28,274 nucleotides of DNA from the IMG/VR virus record IMGVR_UViG_3300030372_004093, positions 1-28,274 of that record, one strand, 5' to 3'. Shown piece by piece: positions 26,160 to 28,274 of this stretch; position 1 is the first letter of the stretch, and each line of letters opens with the position of its first letter. Origin of the DNA: a virus (Duplodnaviria > Caudoviricetes). Under the pieces are notes generated by a model, which made no database searches, was not told where the DNA came from, and worked only from the letters and a program-made list of their open reading frames with translations. The position numbers were made by a program, and so were the translations under genes.

Positions 26160-27649
26160 TGTCCACTATTAAAATAGGTGATAGAGTTGTTCAAACCACT
26201 GATCGTAGTGGTAGAATACGTGGTGGTATAGATAGTGGATCACGTTTAGACCAAAACCCTCGAAGAACGAAAAGTGATACACAAATAGTACAAGATCAAA
26301 TTAAAAAAATCAAAGACATAGAACAACAATTCAAAGGCGTAGATGATAATAGATCTAAGTTTTTAGCACTCTCTACTCCTAAAGCAATATTTGAAGATGC
26401 TCAAAATAGAAGAATACAAAATAGAAGAAGAGCCCAAATTTTAGATGATTTAAAAACTGGGAAGAACGTAAATAGATCTGAATTTACAGGAAGAGAACCT
26501 AAACCAGGCACTAAAAATTCAATATTAACTGCGTTTGGTATAGGCACAGTGCCAACTGGCAGATCAAAATTAAGAGAGGGCCTAACTTCTTCAGAGTATG
26601 CAGATTTTATGCGACAAGCTTATCAAGCAAATCCAGGAATGATGGAGAGTTTATTTCCTTTTGCAAGTGGAAAAATGATACGTAATGTCAGCAGACTTGC
26701 ACCAGGCATAGGTACTTTGCAAAATCTTGCGTCTGCCGCAAAAGAAAAGACTGGCGGTTTTTTAAATAGATTCTTTCCTGGTCTTTTACCAAGCTCTGGT
26801 ATTGCAACAACAAAGCAAGCTCAACCTACATTAGCAGAGTTAGCTGAAAATGCTTTTCGTTTTGCTTCCTTTAGAACTGCACCAACCAATATTAAAGACA
26901 TAAAGGCTGATAATTATTTTGATAAAAGAATGAACCAACTGCAAGCAATTAAATTATTTAGTGGTTTTCCTGCAACTGTACAAAGTCAAGGATTATTTAC
27001 AAATTTTGAAGGCACACCAATGATTTCGAGCGACCCAAACGTTACGTCACTGTTTGATCCAGGGGCAGTGCGTTTTAAAAGTGATACAGATGCAATTGAT
27101 CAAATAATAAAACAAAGTAAAACACCACCAGACATAGATGTATTTCCAGGTTTAAGAAACTTTACGCCAAGTGAACAAATGGATGCAGTTAGAGGTTTTA
27201 AATCTCTTCGAGGTATAGATACAATACCATTTCCAACATTAGATCAATTTCAACAAATAAGAGAACAAAGTAAAACACCACCAGACATAGATGTATCAAT
27301 GGAAGGTATTGCACCTGTTAAAAGCAAAACCTTTTATTTTAATACACCTAATAATTTAAATCAAACAGGATCCACGCTCACTGGATTACCAGGTAATGCA
27401 AGTATAGCTCAACAAAAAGAATTTTTTGAAAGAGCAATAAGAGGTAATGCTCCAGGTGTCCCAGATAGAATTGGTGAAATTTATCAAAACTTATTAGATA
27501 GCGGTGTTCTATCTTCTTCTGAAGCATTACAATATGGATCATTTGTTAGGAACCTACCACCACCTAGTAATACTTATGGTTTGAATCCAAATATAAAACC
27601 AGGTATTGAAGCAATTGATTTGCAAGGTAATTTTCCAGGAGTATTATAA
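26159..27649 (+). CDS. Hypothetical (possibly internal virion) protein, 496 aa
   Basis: TAATG-coupled long ORF; basic N-terminus, Pro-rich C-terminal half. Confidence 0.7.
   Translation: MSTIKIGDRVVQTTDRSGRIRGGIDSGSRLDQNPRRTKSDTQIVQDQIKKIKDIEQQFKGVDDNRSKFLALSTPKAIFEDAQNRRIQNRRRAQILDDLKTGKNVNRSEFTGREPKPGTKNSILTAFGIGTVPTGRSKLREGLTSSEYADFMRQAYQANPGMMESLFPFASGKMIRNVSRLAPGIGTLQNLASAAKEKTGGFLNRFFPGLLPSSGIATTKQAQPTLAELAENAFRFASFRTAPTNIKDIKADNYFDKRMNQLQAIKLFSGFPATVQSQGLFTNFEGTPMISSDPNVTSLFDPGAVRFKSDTDAIDQIIKQSKTPPDIDVFPGLRNFTPSEQMDAVRGFKSLRGIDTIPFPTLDQFQQIREQSKTPPDIDVSMEGIAPVKSKTFYFNTPNNLNQTGSTLTGLPGNASIAQQKEFFERAIRGNAPGVPDRIGEIYQNLLDSGVLSSSEALQYGSFVRNLPPPSNTYGLNPNIKPGIEAIDLQGNFPGVL
27111..27296 (+). 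repeat. 33-bp exact direct repeat (27111-27143 and 27264-27296)
   Basis: aacaaagtaaaacaccaccagacatagatgtat twice, 153 nt apart, in frame (QSKTPPDIDV). Confidence 0.9.
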
Positions 27650-27870
27650 TGGATAAAGATTTTAATTTAAGAAACGTAGTTTGGATCAGTATGATTTTAA
27701 TTTCTGCTGGATCGGTATATGGTATGATGTCACAAAAAGTGTCAGCTCTTGAAACAAAGATGGATCGCCTTGAACAAATCTTGTTTCAAGACATACCAGA
27801 AATAAAGGAGCAGTTGGTACGTCTTGATGCCAAGATATCCTACCTCGTTGAAGACAAAGAGGCGAATTAG
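27649..27870 (+). CDS. Small membrane-anchored coiled-coil protein, 73 aa (possible lysis accessory)
   Basis: Hydrophobic VVWISMILISAGSVYGMM followed by heptad repeats; AGGAG RBS. Confidence 0.7.
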   Translation: MDKDFNLRNVVWISMILISAGSVYGMMSQKVSALETKMDRLEQILFQDIPEIKEQLVRLDAKISYLVEDKEAN

Positions 27871-28274
27871 ATTCTCCAATACCTGCCTTTAACAACTATT
27901 GGTTTAGTTTTATATTTTTTATCAATCTCTATTACTTTTAATTTTAATTGATTATTAATAAAACGACAAATTTGTGATGAGCTTAACTTAGGAAACTGCT
28001 CTCTAAATTTTGCTATCAACGGTTTTTTCTTTAAACCAGTGCCAACAAGTGTAGCTAAAAAATCCATGAGCTGTTTATCTCTATCTTTTTTAGATTCCTT
28101 AGCAACATCACCTGATTTTACTGGCCACCAAAAACCACCCTTGCTGAGTTCTAAGAGACTACCATCTATATCTGAGATCCTAGTCTGGCGCTCCTTAACA
28201 GAGCGCTGTGGTTTTTCTTTTTTATCTCTCTCTGCTAACTTTTTTAACAGAGGCGGTATTTCTAAAAGATCTTT
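27867..28274 (-). CDS. Hypothetical protein, 5' truncated (possible C-terminal winged helix)
   Basis: Frame is open from the window edge (KDLLEIPPLLKK...) through track ORF 27867-28067. Confidence 0.7.
   Translation of the reverse strand, partial: KDLLEIPPLLKKLAERDKKEKPQRSVKERQTRISDIDGSLLELSKGGFWWPVKSGDVAKESKKDRDKQLMDFLATLVGTGLKKKPLIAKFREQFPKLSSSQICRFINNQLKLKVIEIDKKYKTKPIVVKGRYWRI
28187..28223 (+). terminator. Possible intrinsic terminator for the + strand transcript
   Basis: GGCGCTC-cttaaca-GAGCGCT hairpin followed by gtggtttttctttttt; lies inside the opposite-strand CDS. Confidence 0.3.

Noticed and set aside
27111-27296. CRISPR-like array from the 33-bp repeat
   Set aside because: Only two copies, 120-nt gap, in frame within a CDS, no cas genes.
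19041-27895. Short minus-strand ORFs within the ejection-protein cluster
   Set aside because: Antisense to long coupled ORFs; no recognisable motifs or RBS.

Overview
AT-rich, densely coding segment of a tailed dsDNA bacteriophage. Gene content suggests a podovirus-type virion module resembling marine pelagiphage/uvMED-type genomes; this lineage is inferred, not proven. Left to right: (1) a cluster of very basic, Lys/Arg-rich mini-proteins (144-2078); (2) head-tail adaptor/connector-like genes, tail proteins, a tail fibre with a C-terminal S74 chaperone and a Gly-rich protein (2078-8273); (3) an accessory island of eight 2OG-Fe(II) oxygenase-like genes, two paralogous unknown proteins and a GT-A glycosyltransferase-like gene. 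Part of this island lies, together with a P22 gp10/T7 gp12-like tail protein, in a 7.7 kb block on the opposite strand (11231-18925); (4) putative internal virion/ejection proteins (19060-27649), a small membrane protein and a truncated convergent gene. No capsid, portal, terminase, protease, tRNA, CRISPR or transposase is visible. The most striking unexplained signal is a short x-[A/K/N]-x-G-G motif shared by the basic mini-proteins and the ejection proteins, plus a five-fold R-x-x-G-[S/T]-x-x-x-G-E repeat in one ejection protein. Together they suggest a shared proteolytic-maturation or capsid-loading signal for virion core proteins (hypothesis).
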